Below, in pieces: positions 1-9,639 of a stretch of DNA of 64,000 nt. Made by a program: the position numbers and the translations under genes. Source of the stretch: an uncultured Ignavibacteriales bacterium. Lineage in GTDB: Bacteria > Zixibacteria > MSB-5A5 > GN15 > FEB-12. Position 1 is the stretch's first letter. Each line of letters begins with the position of its first letter. Location: the NCBI GenBank assembly GCA_964618515.1, contig CAZUAS010000001.1, positions 9,966-73,965 of the forward strand. Direction: 5' to 3'. The notes below the pieces were generated by a model that worked only from the letters and a program-made list of their open reading frames with translations, was not told the origin of the DNA and ran no database searches.

Positions 1-541
1 GGTTACCGTCGATACCGGTGCCATCCAGATGCCCGGTCATGTAAATAAAAGTCACATCAGGATAATCTTCCTCCAGCCCGTTCATGGCATTCAGGTATAT
101 ATTGATACCCGCGACAGTATTATCCGAGGCTCCGCCGCACCATGACCACATAACCACATTAATATCAGGGTGTTGATTTAAACGGTTACGGGTGATCGGC
201 ACCCATGAAGTATCGCCGTTATGCCCCAGGTCGTCGCTGTATTCCGACAGGTACAGGGTGTTGTCACCATTGTTATAATCACAGGCAAGGTACTCCGAAC
301 GAACCATGGCCATGCCGGCGACAACTTGGCTGCCATGCGAAGTATGCCCGTAAAAAATACGGTAGTTCGTTTTAACGGAATCGATATAGGCCGAGGGAAT
401 CTGCTCAAAATCCGCCACGGCTTCATGTGTAGCCGTAAGGTCCGAAGACGAGGTTTTGTTATTGCCGGTTGCGTTTTTATCATCACTGCATCCACCAAGA
501 AAAATCACCAGTGCCATTATGAAATAAACTGCTGTTTTCAA
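1..541 (-). CDS. lipoprotein of unknown function (C-terminal end lies outside the window)
   Basis: Edge ORF absent from the track. The frame is open from 541 to the window start. TTG at 541 follows GGAGG (548-552) with a 6-nt spacer. N-terminus MKTAVYFIMALVIFLGGCSDD is a signal peptide plus lipobox. Replaces the implausible track ORFs 178-498(-) and 221-628(+). Confidence 0.6.
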   Translation of the reverse strand, partial: MKTAVYFIMALVIFLGGCSDDKNATGNNKTSSSDLTATHEAVADFEQIPSAYIDSVKTNYRIFYGHTSHGSQVVAGMAMVRSEYLACDYNNGDNTLYLSEYSDDLGHNGDTSWVPITRNRLNQHPDINVVMWSWCGGASDNTVAGINIYLNAMNGLEEDYPDVTFIYMTGHLDGTGIDGN

Positions 542-673
542 TATATTCCTCCTCAGTCAATAATTAATTATATAATCTATATTATAATTCGACCATATCA
601 TGACAATAATTTAGAAAATGTTCAGTAATCTTAAATAGTATTAACTTGTTGCGGTTCAAGGGAAAACGAGTCA

Positions 674-1510
674 TTAAATATTTCGAAGAGTTTTAATGAC
701 ACTGACAACCAGATAAGTTAATCCGGCCAGGATAATAATAGTAGCGCCGGCGGGAAGGTCGGGACTGTAACTTAAAGCCAGACCAAAAGTCATGAAAAAG
801 ATACTTAACAGGGTGGCCAGCACCATGGTCTGCCAGAGTTTCCGGGTAAAATAACCGGCCACCGCTACCGGTAATGTCAAAAAAGCAATCACCATAACAA
901 TCCCAACGACCGTTGTCAAGATTACCACCGTCAACGCCGTCAGGCATAAAAGTAAAAGATAAAATAACTGCACCCTGACGCCGCGTACGCGGGCGAACTC
1001 TTCATCAAAACATACCGCCGCAATCTGCTTGTGAAAAAGATACCCGACTATAACGACAAAAGCGTCCAGGGCGGCAATGAGCCATAAATCTCCTCGTGTC
1101 ACCATGAGAATATTCCCGAACAGGTAACTCATCAGGTTTTCGCTGTAACCAGGTGTTTTAGCAATAAAGATAATGCCTACCGCCATCCCGATCGCCCAGA
1201 TAGCGCCGATAACGGTATCCTCACGTTCTTTTAAATAAAGGCTGGCCAGGGCAATCGTCACGGCGCTGGCCAGAGCGGCCACCACCGCTCCGTGAAGGGG
1301 CTGCAGCCACGTCAAACCCTGCACCACCTTGAGATAATAAGCCAGCCCCATACCTCCCAGGACACTGTGAGCGATACCGCCAGCAATATAGGTAATCCGG
1401 CGGGCAACGACATAAGTCCCCACCACCCCACAGGCAATACTTGCCAGAACACCGGTTAACAGGGCATACAACATGAAAGTATGATTGAAAACAGCGTCAA
1501 TGAATTCCAA
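674..1510 (-). CDS. znuB: metal (Zn/Mn) ABC transporter permease, ABC-3/ZnuB type
   Basis: 278 aa, polytopic and hydrophobic, ZnuB/TroC-like sequence. Sits in an operon with the ATPase and a TroA-type binding protein. Confidence 0.85.
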   Translation of the reverse strand: MEFIDAVFNHTFMLYALLTGVLASIACGVVGTYVVARRITYIAGGIAHSVLGGMGLAYYLKVVQGLTWLQPLHGAVVAALASAVTIALASLYLKEREDTVIGAIWAIGMAVGIIFIAKTPGYSENLMSYLFGNILMVTRGDLWLIAALDAFVVIVGYLFHKQIAAVCFDEEFARVRGVRVQLFYLLLLCLTALTVVILTTVVGIVMVIAFLTLPVAVAGYFTRKLWQTMVLATLLSIFFMTFGLALSYSPDLPAGATIIILAGLTYLVVSVIKTLRNI

Positions 1511-1515
1511 AACAG

Positions 1516-2265
1516 TTATTCCTTTTCAGCGGCACTGTGACCGTGACGCACCATCCGTACATGGCCATGATACAATTCACTCAGAACTTCGTCTCCAACC
1601 GCCGTGGTCGGGTGAACGGCTACTTTACGGTTGACGCAGACAACACTTTTTACCGCCTGGGAAACAAAAGCCGGGTCATGAGAAACCATCACAATGGTAA
1701 ACTGGCTGTTAAGTTTATGCAAAAGCTCATACAGTTCCCGGACTACCAGCAGGTCAAGATTGGCGGTGGGTTCATCCAGAATCAATAGTTGCGGTTGTGA
1801 AGACAGCGCCCGGGCAATCAGGAGGCGACGTTGTTGACCTCCTGAAAGGGAAGCAAAATGCCGGTCGGCGAATTCGTTCAGGCCGACTTCTTCAAGCACT
1901 TCATAAGCGATCCGGCGATCCCTCTTCGAAAAAGGTCCGTAGCGCCGCCCTTCGCCCAGCCGCCCCATCAAAACAACGTCAATTACACTCACCGGAAACC
2001 GCTGGTCGAGATGTGCATACTGTGGCATATAGCCGATTTTCGAACGAACCTGCTGAGGCGACTTCCCGAACATCCGTACTATTCCCCGGGTCGGTGTCAA
2101 TAAACCCAGCATCAGTTTAACCAGGGTGGTCTTGCCCCCGCCGTTGGGACCGACAATCCAGATAAAATCCTTTTCGCATATAGTAAGGTTGACATCCTCG
2201 AGCACAGGATCACCATCATAAGCGAAAAATACTTTTTCGATTTCGACAACAGCACATTTTTCCAT
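1516..2265 (-). CDS. znuC: metal ABC transporter ATP-binding protein
   Basis: Walker A GPNGGGKTT, signature LSGGQQRR, Walker B LLILDEP. 5-nt gap to the permease. Confidence 0.85.
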   Translation of the reverse strand: MEKCAVVEIEKVFFAYDGDPVLEDVNLTICEKDFIWIVGPNGGGKTTLVKLMLGLLTPTRGIVRMFGKSPQQVRSKIGYMPQYAHLDQRFPVSVIDVVLMGRLGEGRRYGPFSKRDRRIAYEVLEEVGLNEFADRHFASLSGGQQRRLLIARALSSQPQLLILDEPTANLDLLVVRELYELLHKLNSQFTIVMVSHDPAFVSQAVKSVVCVNRKVAVHPTTAVGDEVLSELYHGHVRMVRHGHSAAEKE

Positions 2266-3165
2266 TTATTCTTCTTCCTTTTCCGAAAAAGCCCGGGCCA
2301 GTTCTTCAGCCATGAACTTAAGATTATTGATATAATCTTCTGCCAGAGGGTCAAGCGCCACCACTTTTGCTCCGACCGCTTGGGCAATCGTTTCAGCTGT
2401 TTTAACGGCGAATTGCGGCTGGACAAAAATCACCTTCACCCCATCAGCCCGGGCTTGGTCGGTCAATACCGCCAGCTGCCGGGCTCCCGGTTCTTTTCCT
2501 TCGATTTCCACCGCTACCTGCACCAGGCCATAGTCATCGGCGAAATACCCGTACGACGGATGAAAAGCATAAAATTTACTTCCTTTATACAATGCCAGTT
2601 TCAACATTATCTCCCGGTCAATATCATCGAGTTGCTGATTAAAGATATCAAGGTTGCGTTGATAAAAAGAGGCATGAGTGCTGTCATAAGCCACCAATGC
2701 CCGGCAAATATTATCCGCCTGTATTTTCACCCGCCGCGGTGACAACCAGATATGCGGGTCCTCGGCTTCGGCATGGTCATGGCCGTCATGTTTCTCACCT
2801 TCAATAGCCCGAAGCGGTACCCCTCGGCGTGTGTCAACCACCTCCAGATTCCTGAAAGTAGCGCTTATTTTGCCGAGTAACTGCCTTTCAAAGGGAACTC
2901 CGATACTGAAATACAACCGGGCTTCAGCCAGCGCCGTCATCTGACGCGGGGTCGGCTCATAAGTATGCGGTGATTGTCCCGGACCAACCAGGACCTGCAC
3001 ATTTACATACTCGCCGCCAACCTGTTTAACAAAATAAGCCTGAGGAAGAATACTGACAAAAACCTTTAGTGGCTCAACCGCTTCCTGTGCCTTAACCGAA
3101 CAAATACTATTATAAACCATCATTGTTAAAATTATCAATGAAGATATCATCCATCGCCGAAACAT
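2266..3165 (-). CDS. znuA: periplasmic zinc-binding protein, TroA/ZnuA family
   Basis: Cluster-9 solute-binding protein with a His/acidic loop EGEKHDGHDHAEAEDPH. ATG 3165 (MFRRWMISSLIILT... signal peptide) is preferred over track start 3213, which would overlap the upstream ORF by 44 nt. Confidence 0.8.
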   Translation of the reverse strand: MFRRWMISSLIILTMMVYNSICSVKAQEAVEPLKVFVSILPQAYFVKQVGGEYVNVQVLVGPGQSPHTYEPTPRQMTALAEARLYFSIGVPFERQLLGKISATFRNLEVVDTRRGVPLRAIEGEKHDGHDHAEAEDPHIWLSPRRVKIQADNICRALVAYDSTHASFYQRNLDIFNQQLDDIDREIMLKLALYKGSKFYAFHPSYGYFADDYGLVQVAVEIEGKEPGARQLAVLTDQARADGVKVIFVQPQFAVKTAETIAQAVGAKVVALDPLAEDYINNLKFMAEELARAFSEKEEE

Positions 3166-3169
3166 ATCC

Positions 3170-3430
3170 CTATCCTTTCTTGGTACAGACCAGGTAATTT
3201 TCATGACACTCACAGCATTGTTCGATATGATGGTCCGCTGCTATCGAATCCCAGTGTTTCTTCTGTTCCGGGGTCAAAATACCGGTACCATCACACAAAG
3301 GACAGGCATTTTCAAAAGCCCGAAGTACTGCGGTACGAATAAATTCCGAACGATTGGGCAAATGTCTTATCACCCCGGCCAAAGAGGTATCGACCTTGAA
3401 AGTTATAATTTCTGTTTTTTGTTTCTTCAT
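3170..3430 (-). CDS. ribbon-helix-helix (CopG/Arc-like) protein with Cys6/His4 C-terminal tail; putative metal-responsive regulator
   Basis: ATG 3430 follows GGAG with a 6-nt spacer. N-terminus EIITFKVDTSLAGVIRHLPNRSEFIRTAVLRAF reads as an RHH strand-helix-helix. Tail is CPLCDG...HW...HH..QCCECH...C. Stop TAG lies 4 nt before the znuA ATG. Confidence 0.6.
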   Translation of the reverse strand: MKKQKTEIITFKVDTSLAGVIRHLPNRSEFIRTAVLRAFENACPLCDGTGILTPEQKKHWDSIAADHHIEQCCECHENYLVCTKKG

Positions 3431-3466
3431 ATCCGACTCCAATCAAAGACTTGAGCATTATAGTAA

Positions 3467-3495
3467 ATATTACTTTGTATTACCTGCCATGTCAA
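3467..3495 (-). promoter_or_regulatory. sigma-70-like promoter of the RHH-znuACB operon with an overlapping palindrome
   Basis: On the minus strand: TTGACA (3495-3490), 17 nt, TAATAT (3472-3467). The palindrome AGTAA-N3-TTACT (3462-3474) overlaps the -10. Confidence 0.45.
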
Positions 3496-3597
3496 GGGGG
3501 AATTAAGTTAAAGCTGACAAGTCTAAGACAATCAAGACATTAGAGAACAAATTATAGCCCGTGATTAACCTTGACATGTTTTTGACCATTTCTTATT

Positions 3598-5655
3598 TTG
3601 CCTGCCATTATGAAAACTTTTATAGTTAAAAAAGCCGGCTGGTCGAAGTATGTTTCTACCGTAGCTGTTTACTTCCTTCTGCTTACCATAACGTTGACAT
3701 TATTTTTCGAACTCTGGCGGCTGATTCTGCTTATCCTGTCCGGTTCTCTTTCAACAGGGGTTCCTGGCCGTATCCTTTTACAATCTTTTCTGGTGGGTTT
3801 GAGGTTTGATTTTGCCATCAGTTGTTACCTTGCTATACCGTTGTATCTATTGGGCAACCTCCCCTGGCTGGATATTTCCCGCAATAAACTTTTCCGACAC
3901 TTGAACTTTTACCTGATGGCTGTAGTGGTTGGTCTGATGTTTTTCCTGCAGATGGCCGACATTGAATTTTTTAAATTTTTCAATGCCCGGCTCAACAGTG
4001 TCGCTCTGGCGTGGTCGGATACTCCGGGAATAGTGATACCCATGCTCTGGAAGATGTATCCAGTGGTCAGGTATCTTATTTTGTTCCTGGTGATGTTCAC
4101 GTGTTTTATAATAATTATTTACTGGTTGAAAAAAAAAATTATTATACGCAAAGCCCTTTCACCGGTCTGGATTAATCTGGTATATTTACCCCTGGTACTG
4201 GCTGTTTTATTTCTGGGTGCCCGGGGGCGTGTCGAGGAAAAATCACCTCTGCGCTGGGGCACGGCTTATTTCTCGGAATATGACTATGCCAATCAACTAG
4301 CCCTGAACCCGATCTTCACCTTTTTCTATGACGCCATCTATGATGCCAATAAGAAAGCTCAGATTAAAGAACAGATGGACCGCATTGATATTCCCGATGC
4401 CACCCTGGTGGTGCGGCAACTGCTGGGACTGCCCGTCGCTAATGAAGAAGAGAACAACCAGCGGATATTTCGTGAGATAACCTTTACCCCGGAAAACGAC
4501 AATCCGCCGAATGTAATAATTATTATTATGGAATCGTTCGGTTCGACGCGCATCGGCGTGCTGGATAACCGCTACCCTTACGACATCACCCCTCGTTTTG
4601 ATTCTCTTAGCCGGGAAGGGATTCTCTTTACGAATTTTTATTCCGCCGGGCAACACACCTATACCGGCATTTTCTCCACCCTGTACGGTTACCCGACCCT
4701 GTTCGGGAAATCGGTGATGAAAATGGTGACTGGTCAGAACAGTTTCTGGGGTCTGCCGTCGATTTTACGTAACCACGGCTACGAGACTATGTTTTTTACC
4801 ACCCACGACCCGCATTTCGACAATATGCAGGGCTTTTTATGTTCCAATGGAGTGATGAGAGTTTATTCGCTTGATGACTACGACCCCGCATACAAAATAA
4901 GCACTCTGGGAGTGCCGGACCATATCATGTTCGACTATGCTTATAACATATTGCGAGAGAAAAACGACCATCGCTTCTTCGCCACCCTTCTGACTTCTTC
5001 CAACCACGGACCATGGTTGATTCCCGATGTTCCTTTTGAACGTATCCCTGCCGAAGACGAAGAATGGCGCACGAAACTCAACTGTTTTAAATATTCCGAC
5101 TGGTCACTGGGTTATTTCTTCGATAAAATAAAAAACGACCCCGCATTCAAAAACACCCTGGTGGTGGTAACGAGCGATAACGGCTGCTGGTACGACCCCA
5201 TCACCGACCACGACCTGACCCAGTTCCAGATACCACTTTTTATATTCGACACCGACGGTCGCCTGGAGAAAAACCGGCGGGTGGAACGCCTCGGGTCGCA
5301 GATAGATATAGTAGCCACCGTCATGGGTCAGGTACGCTTAAACTATCACGATTACACTTTCGGCCACGACCTGTTCAAAACCTCCGGTACCGCCGTTGAC
5401 TACGCGCATTTTTCGGAATGGTATAAGGTCGGTTATATCGAGGATGATTACTATGTCATCGCCCGTCTGAACGGCCCGACCTCGTTTTACACCGTGGCCG
5501 ACCGTCGTCATAACCTGGTCGACTCCCTGCCGGAACTGGCTCGTGAATACGAGAAAAAAGCTCTTGCCCTTTTTAAAGTGGCTTATGAAAACATGCACCG
5601 CCCCCTTCGGCAGGAAACGTCAAGCCCGCAACCGTTGACCGTATCCGGTGATTAA
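3598..5655 (+). CDS. LtaS/MdoB-family membrane transferase (alkaline-phosphatase/sulfatase superfamily), paralog 1
   Basis: N-terminal TM bundle plus a C-terminal sulfatase-type domain (IIIMESFGS, GQHTYTG, SSNHGPW, TSDNG). The start may be ATG 3610 rather than TTG 3598. Confidence 0.8.
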   Translation: MPAIMKTFIVKKAGWSKYVSTVAVYFLLLTITLTLFFELWRLILLILSGSLSTGVPGRILLQSFLVGLRFDFAISCYLAIPLYLLGNLPWLDISRNKLFRHLNFYLMAVVVGLMFFLQMADIEFFKFFNARLNSVALAWSDTPGIVIPMLWKMYPVVRYLILFLVMFTCFIIIIYWLKKKIIIRKALSPVWINLVYLPLVLAVLFLGARGRVEEKSPLRWGTAYFSEYDYANQLALNPIFTFFYDAIYDANKKAQIKEQMDRIDIPDATLVVRQLLGLPVANEEENNQRIFREITFTPENDNPPNVIIIIMESFGSTRIGVLDNRYPYDITPRFDSLSREGILFTNFYSAGQHTYTGIFSTLYGYPTLFGKSVMKMVTGQNSFWGLPSILRNHGYETMFFTTHDPHFDNMQGFLCSNGVMRVYSLDDYDPAYKISTLGVPDHIMFDYAYNILREKNDHRFFATLLTSSNHGPWLIPDVPFERIPAEDEEWRTKLNCFKYSDWSLGYFFDKIKNDPAFKNTLVVVTSDNGCWYDPITDHDLTQFQIPLFIFDTDGRLEKNRRVERLGSQIDIVATVMGQVRLNYHDYTFGHDLFKTSGTAVDYAHFSEWYKVGYIEDDYYVIARLNGPTSFYTVADRRHNLVDSLPELAREYEKKALALFKVAYENMHRPLRQETSSPQPLTVSGD

Positions 5656-7627
5656 GACCAGATTCATATCCGTCCCGGCCGTTTACGCCTTAATCACGAC
5701 GGCTGTCCTGATGCTGTTTCTGACATTGTGGCGATTTATCCTTATGCTTCTTACCGGCGGTTTGTCATCCGCCGTTCCCGGCGCCGTTCTCTTAAAAGCT
5801 TTCATTGTAGGCCTGCGTTTTGATTTCATCATTGTTTCGTATATTGGTACGGTAATATATGTTCTCGGCATCATTCCCTTCATTGATATCCAGCGCAGTA
5901 AATTCATGCGCCGCCTCGGGTACGGTTTACTCTTTGTTTATACGGCTGTTATATTCTTTATCCACTTGGCGGATATCGAATTTTTCAAATTTTTCAACGC
6001 CCGCCTTAACGGCATGGCCCTCATCTGGCAGGACACACCTGAGTTTGTCATCACCATGATCTGGGGCATGTACCCGGTCATTAAATACTTGATACTGTAC
6101 GCCGTCATTCTGGCGGCTTTCTTTATATTGATGGGCCGGCTTCAGCGAAAAGTGGTCACTGACAGTGTAAAATCACACTGGCTTATCAATCTTTTATTCG
6201 CCCCGGCGCTGTTGACGGTGTTTATAATAGGCACAGTCGGAAGGCTGGGTTCCGACGCTCCCCTTCGCTGGGGTGCCGCTTATTTTTCCGAATACGATTA
6301 TGCCAACCTTCTGGCTCTCAATCCCGTCTATACTTTCGTACGCGATTTTTTCTATGACGCCGGTAGCAAAGAGCAGGTTAAAAACCTGGTCGCGGAGATA
6401 ACTTTCCCGGAGGCGGAAAACGAGGTTCGCCGGCTTCTGGGCTTGCCGGCTGACAGTGCCGTTTACAGCAGTCCGATTGTGCGCCCGGTTTATTTTGACC
6501 CCCCCGAAAACAACCCGGCCAATGTTATTTTTATCATAATGGAATCGCAGTCGTCGCATAAAATCGGTGTTTTAGCCAACAAGTATCCCTGGCAACTCTC
6601 GCCCTGTTTTGATTCCCTGGCTGAAAAAAGCATTCTCTTTACCAATTTCTATGCCACCGGCATGCATACTTACTGCGGCCTGATATCAGCCATTTACGGC
6701 AGCCCGCACCTTTTCGGCAAGGTCATTATCAAACAGGTAAGCGGTGAAAATCATTTCTGGGGACTGCCCTCGATTCTCAAACAGCACGGTTACGAAACCC
6801 ATTTTTTCTCCACCCAGGACCCTCATTTCGACAACATGATGGGTTTCATGAAAGCCAACGGCTTCATGTACTATTACTCGATTTATGATTACGACCAATC
6901 CCACAAGCTCAGTCACCTGGGAGTACCCGACCATATTATGTACGACAGCGCCTACACCAAACTCCGTCGCCTGGAAGGCCGGCCGTTTCTGGCCACCTTG
7001 CTGACGACTTCCAACCACGGGCCATGGAGAATTCCCGATGTCCCTTTTGAACGAATTCCCGACACCGCTTTTGAAGCCGAACGTCAGAACGCTTTCAAGT
7101 ATGCCGACTGGGCGCTGGGACAATTTATAAATAAAATCGAAAACGACCCCTATTTTTACAATACCCTCCTGGTCATTACCGGCGACCACGGTTTCTTTTA
7201 CAATCCTACCTCGGATTTAGACCTTTCTTTTTTTGAAGTTCCCCTACTCATCCACCGGGTCGGCTGGGGTAAAGAACATGCTCAACGCAACCACCGCCTG
7301 AGCAGTCACCTGGATATCGTCGCCACCATCATGGGACAGTTGCGTCTTAACTATCATAATTACACTTTCGGCCACGACCTACTGGATACTGTTACCGATA
7401 TTACTGATTTCGTGCATACCACCGAATGGTATAAAATCGGGTATATCGAGAAGGACTATTACCTGATAGTCCGTCTTGACGGCCCCGAGTCGCTTTTCCG
7501 ACTGCCGAACCGCACCGACGACGTTGCCGCGTCCTACCCGGAGATTGTCGAAAGCTACAAGAAAAAAGCCCTGGCTCTTTATCAAACCGCCTACTACAAT
7601 ATGAAACGTCCCCTGCCGGAGAAATAA
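5648..7627 (+). CDS. LtaS/MdoB-family membrane transferase, paralog 2
   Basis: Same architecture (IIMESQSS, GMHTYCG, TSNHGPW, TGDHG). GTG start overlaps the paralog-1 stop by 8 nt. Confidence 0.8.
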   Translation: MIKTRFISVPAVYALITTAVLMLFLTLWRFILMLLTGGLSSAVPGAVLLKAFIVGLRFDFIIVSYIGTVIYVLGIIPFIDIQRSKFMRRLGYGLLFVYTAVIFFIHLADIEFFKFFNARLNGMALIWQDTPEFVITMIWGMYPVIKYLILYAVILAAFFILMGRLQRKVVTDSVKSHWLINLLFAPALLTVFIIGTVGRLGSDAPLRWGAAYFSEYDYANLLALNPVYTFVRDFFYDAGSKEQVKNLVAEITFPEAENEVRRLLGLPADSAVYSSPIVRPVYFDPPENNPANVIFIIMESQSSHKIGVLANKYPWQLSPCFDSLAEKSILFTNFYATGMHTYCGLISAIYGSPHLFGKVIIKQVSGENHFWGLPSILKQHGYETHFFSTQDPHFDNMMGFMKANGFMYYYSIYDYDQSHKLSHLGVPDHIMYDSAYTKLRRLEGRPFLATLLTTSNHGPWRIPDVPFERIPDTAFEAERQNAFKYADWALGQFINKIENDPYFYNTLLVITGDHGFFYNPTSDLDLSFFEVPLLIHRVGWGKEHAQRNHRLSSHLDIVATIMGQLRLNYHNYTFGHDLLDTVTDITDFVHTTEWYKIGYIEKDYYLIVRLDGPESLFRLPNRTDDVAASYPEIVESYKKKALALYQTAYYNMKRPLPEK

Positions 7628-7629
7628 TC

Positions 7630-9606
7630 ATGTTGCGCTCTAAATACATCTCCACCCCGGCGTTATTCTTTATTCTGGCGGCAGCAACCCTGACGCTGTT
7701 TTTTGAACTCTGGCGGATATTATTTATGATATTCCTTGGCGATCTGGCGGCCGGCATACCGCTTTCAACCCTCTTAAAAACCTTGGTGGTAGGACTGAGA
7801 TTTGATTTCTCCATTACCAGTTATGTTATCCTGCCGCTTTACGTGTTCAGCGTAATCCTTTTTTTATTTCCCCGGTACCATCGAACGACGGCCAACACTT
7901 TTTTTTACCTGCTGGTATTTTTGTCGGCTTTTCTCTTTTTTACCCATCTGGTGGATATCGAGTTCACCCGGCATTTTCACACCCGCCTGAACGACTTTCT
8001 CTTACAGAAAGATAAAATAACGGCCGACGGCTCTAGCCTTATCTGGTTCCCAGCCAAAACCGCAGCCTTAACGGTTATATACCTTTTAATACTATACCTG
8101 TATATCCGGCTGGTCAGATACTATGTGAAAAAAATCCTCATTGACCAACCCCGCTCACCCCGGTGGATCAACCTTGCCTGTCTGCCGTTATTGATAATCG
8201 TATTCGGCCTGGGCGCGCGGGGGCGGCTGGCCGAAGAACCCATGCGCTGGGGCATGGCTTATTTTTCAAAATACGATTTCGCCAACCTGGCGGCCCTCAA
8301 TCCGGTGTACACTTTTATCCTTGACGCCGTTTATGACCGCTGGGAAAAAAATGAGACCAAAGACCTGATGTCGCTTATCAAATCCGACCACGCCGAAAAT
8401 GAAGTGCGACAACTCCTGGGGATGACGACAGTTGATGAAAGTACTCGTCTTATCCGGCCGGTGCATTTTGAGCAACCGAAAGAAAATCCGCCCAGCGTGA
8501 TTCTGATTATAATGGAATCTTTCGGCTCGACCAAAATCGATATTTTGGCCAACCGCTTCCCTTATTCTCTGACGCCCTGTTTCGATTCCCTGGCGGCTGA
8601 TGGTTTTCTTTTCACCGACTTTTATTCCTGCGGCAAGCACACTTTCGCCAGCCTGGTGGCAGTGTTGTATGGATACCCGCCGCAGTACGGCAAACTGGTC
8701 ATGAGACAATTGCCCGGAGAAAATTACCTGTGGGGCTTGCCGTCGATTCTTAAAACTTATGATTACGAAACGTCATGCTTCGTCACCACCGACCCGCATT
8801 TTGATAACATGCAGGGTTTTCTGATGGCTAACGGGATGATGAACTTTTACTCGAAGTATGACATCGGTGAAGACAAATCACTAAGCTGGATGGGTGTACC
8901 TGACCATGTCATGTTTGACTATGCTTATGATAAAATCCGGGAAAACAAAAACCGGCGTTTCTTCGCCACTCTCTTGACCGCCTCCAATCACGGTCCCTGG
9001 CTTTTGCCCGATGTATCTTTCGGACGTATACCCGATACAGTCGAAGACGCACACAAGCTTAATGCTTTTAAATACTCCGATTGGGCATTAGGACAGTTCG
9101 TAAATAAAATCAAAAATGACCCTTTCTTCGACAACACCCTGATAATCATTACCGCCGACAACGGCTCGCCCTATAAACAGAAAAGCGACCTTGAAATAAC
9201 CCACTTCCAGATTCCCCTGCTGATAATCGGCAACAAAACCCATTTCAACCAGACCGGCTCTTCAAATCGTCCGGGCAGCCAGCTGGATATCCTGCCAACT
9301 TTAATGGGTATTCTCAAACTTGATTATGATAATTATTCATTCGGCAAGGATTTATTTGATACTTCTTATCGGGGAACGGATTTTGTGCACTTGGTCGAAA
9401 AAGATATGCTGGGGCATATCGAAGATGGATATTACCTGATTAACCGTCTGCATGGTAAAGAAACACTTTTCAAATTGCCGGATGTCACCATTGATTTAGC
9501 CGATTCATTAAAAGAAACAGTCGACGAATATCGTATGAAATCAGAAGCTATTTTTCAGACGGCTTATTACAACATGAAAAAAACGCTGTCACCGGTCAGG
9601 TTTTAA
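7630..9606 (+). CDS. LtaS/MdoB-family membrane transferase, paralog 3
   Basis: Same architecture (IIMESFGS, GKHTFAS, ASNHGPW, TADNG). 2-nt gap after paralog 2. Confidence 0.8.
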   Translation: MLRSKYISTPALFFILAAATLTLFFELWRILFMIFLGDLAAGIPLSTLLKTLVVGLRFDFSITSYVILPLYVFSVILFLFPRYHRTTANTFFYLLVFLSAFLFFTHLVDIEFTRHFHTRLNDFLLQKDKITADGSSLIWFPAKTAALTVIYLLILYLYIRLVRYYVKKILIDQPRSPRWINLACLPLLIIVFGLGARGRLAEEPMRWGMAYFSKYDFANLAALNPVYTFILDAVYDRWEKNETKDLMSLIKSDHAENEVRQLLGMTTVDESTRLIRPVHFEQPKENPPSVILIIMESFGSTKIDILANRFPYSLTPCFDSLAADGFLFTDFYSCGKHTFASLVAVLYGYPPQYGKLVMRQLPGENYLWGLPSILKTYDYETSCFVTTDPHFDNMQGFLMANGMMNFYSKYDIGEDKSLSWMGVPDHVMFDYAYDKIRENKNRRFFATLLTASNHGPWLLPDVSFGRIPDTVEDAHKLNAFKYSDWALGQFVNKIKNDPFFDNTLIIITADNGSPYKQKSDLEITHFQIPLLIIGNKTHFNQTGSSNRPGSQLDILPTLMGILKLDYDNYSFGKDLFDTSYRGTDFVHLVEKDMLGHIEDGYYLINRLHGKETLFKLPDVTIDLADSLKETVDEYRMKSEAIFQTAYYNMKKTLSPVRF

Positions 9607-9639
9607 AAACAACATACCGTCAAGTATGAAAATCCCGTC

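Noticed and set aside
178-628. Track ORFs 178-498(-) and 221-628(+)
   Set aside because: Both have low-complexity, Arg/Thr-rich sequences with no recognisable motifs. A third frame (minus strand, open to the window edge) encodes a convincing lipoprotein with an SD and lipobox, so these are overlapping-frame artefacts.
3598-3609. Promoter call TTGACA-17-TATTTT (3567-3595) for the first LtaS-like gene
   Set aside because: The hexamers are good, but the predicted TSS would fall at or inside the annotated start region (TTG 3598 / ATG 3610), leaving no SD. It is too ambiguous to list as a feature.
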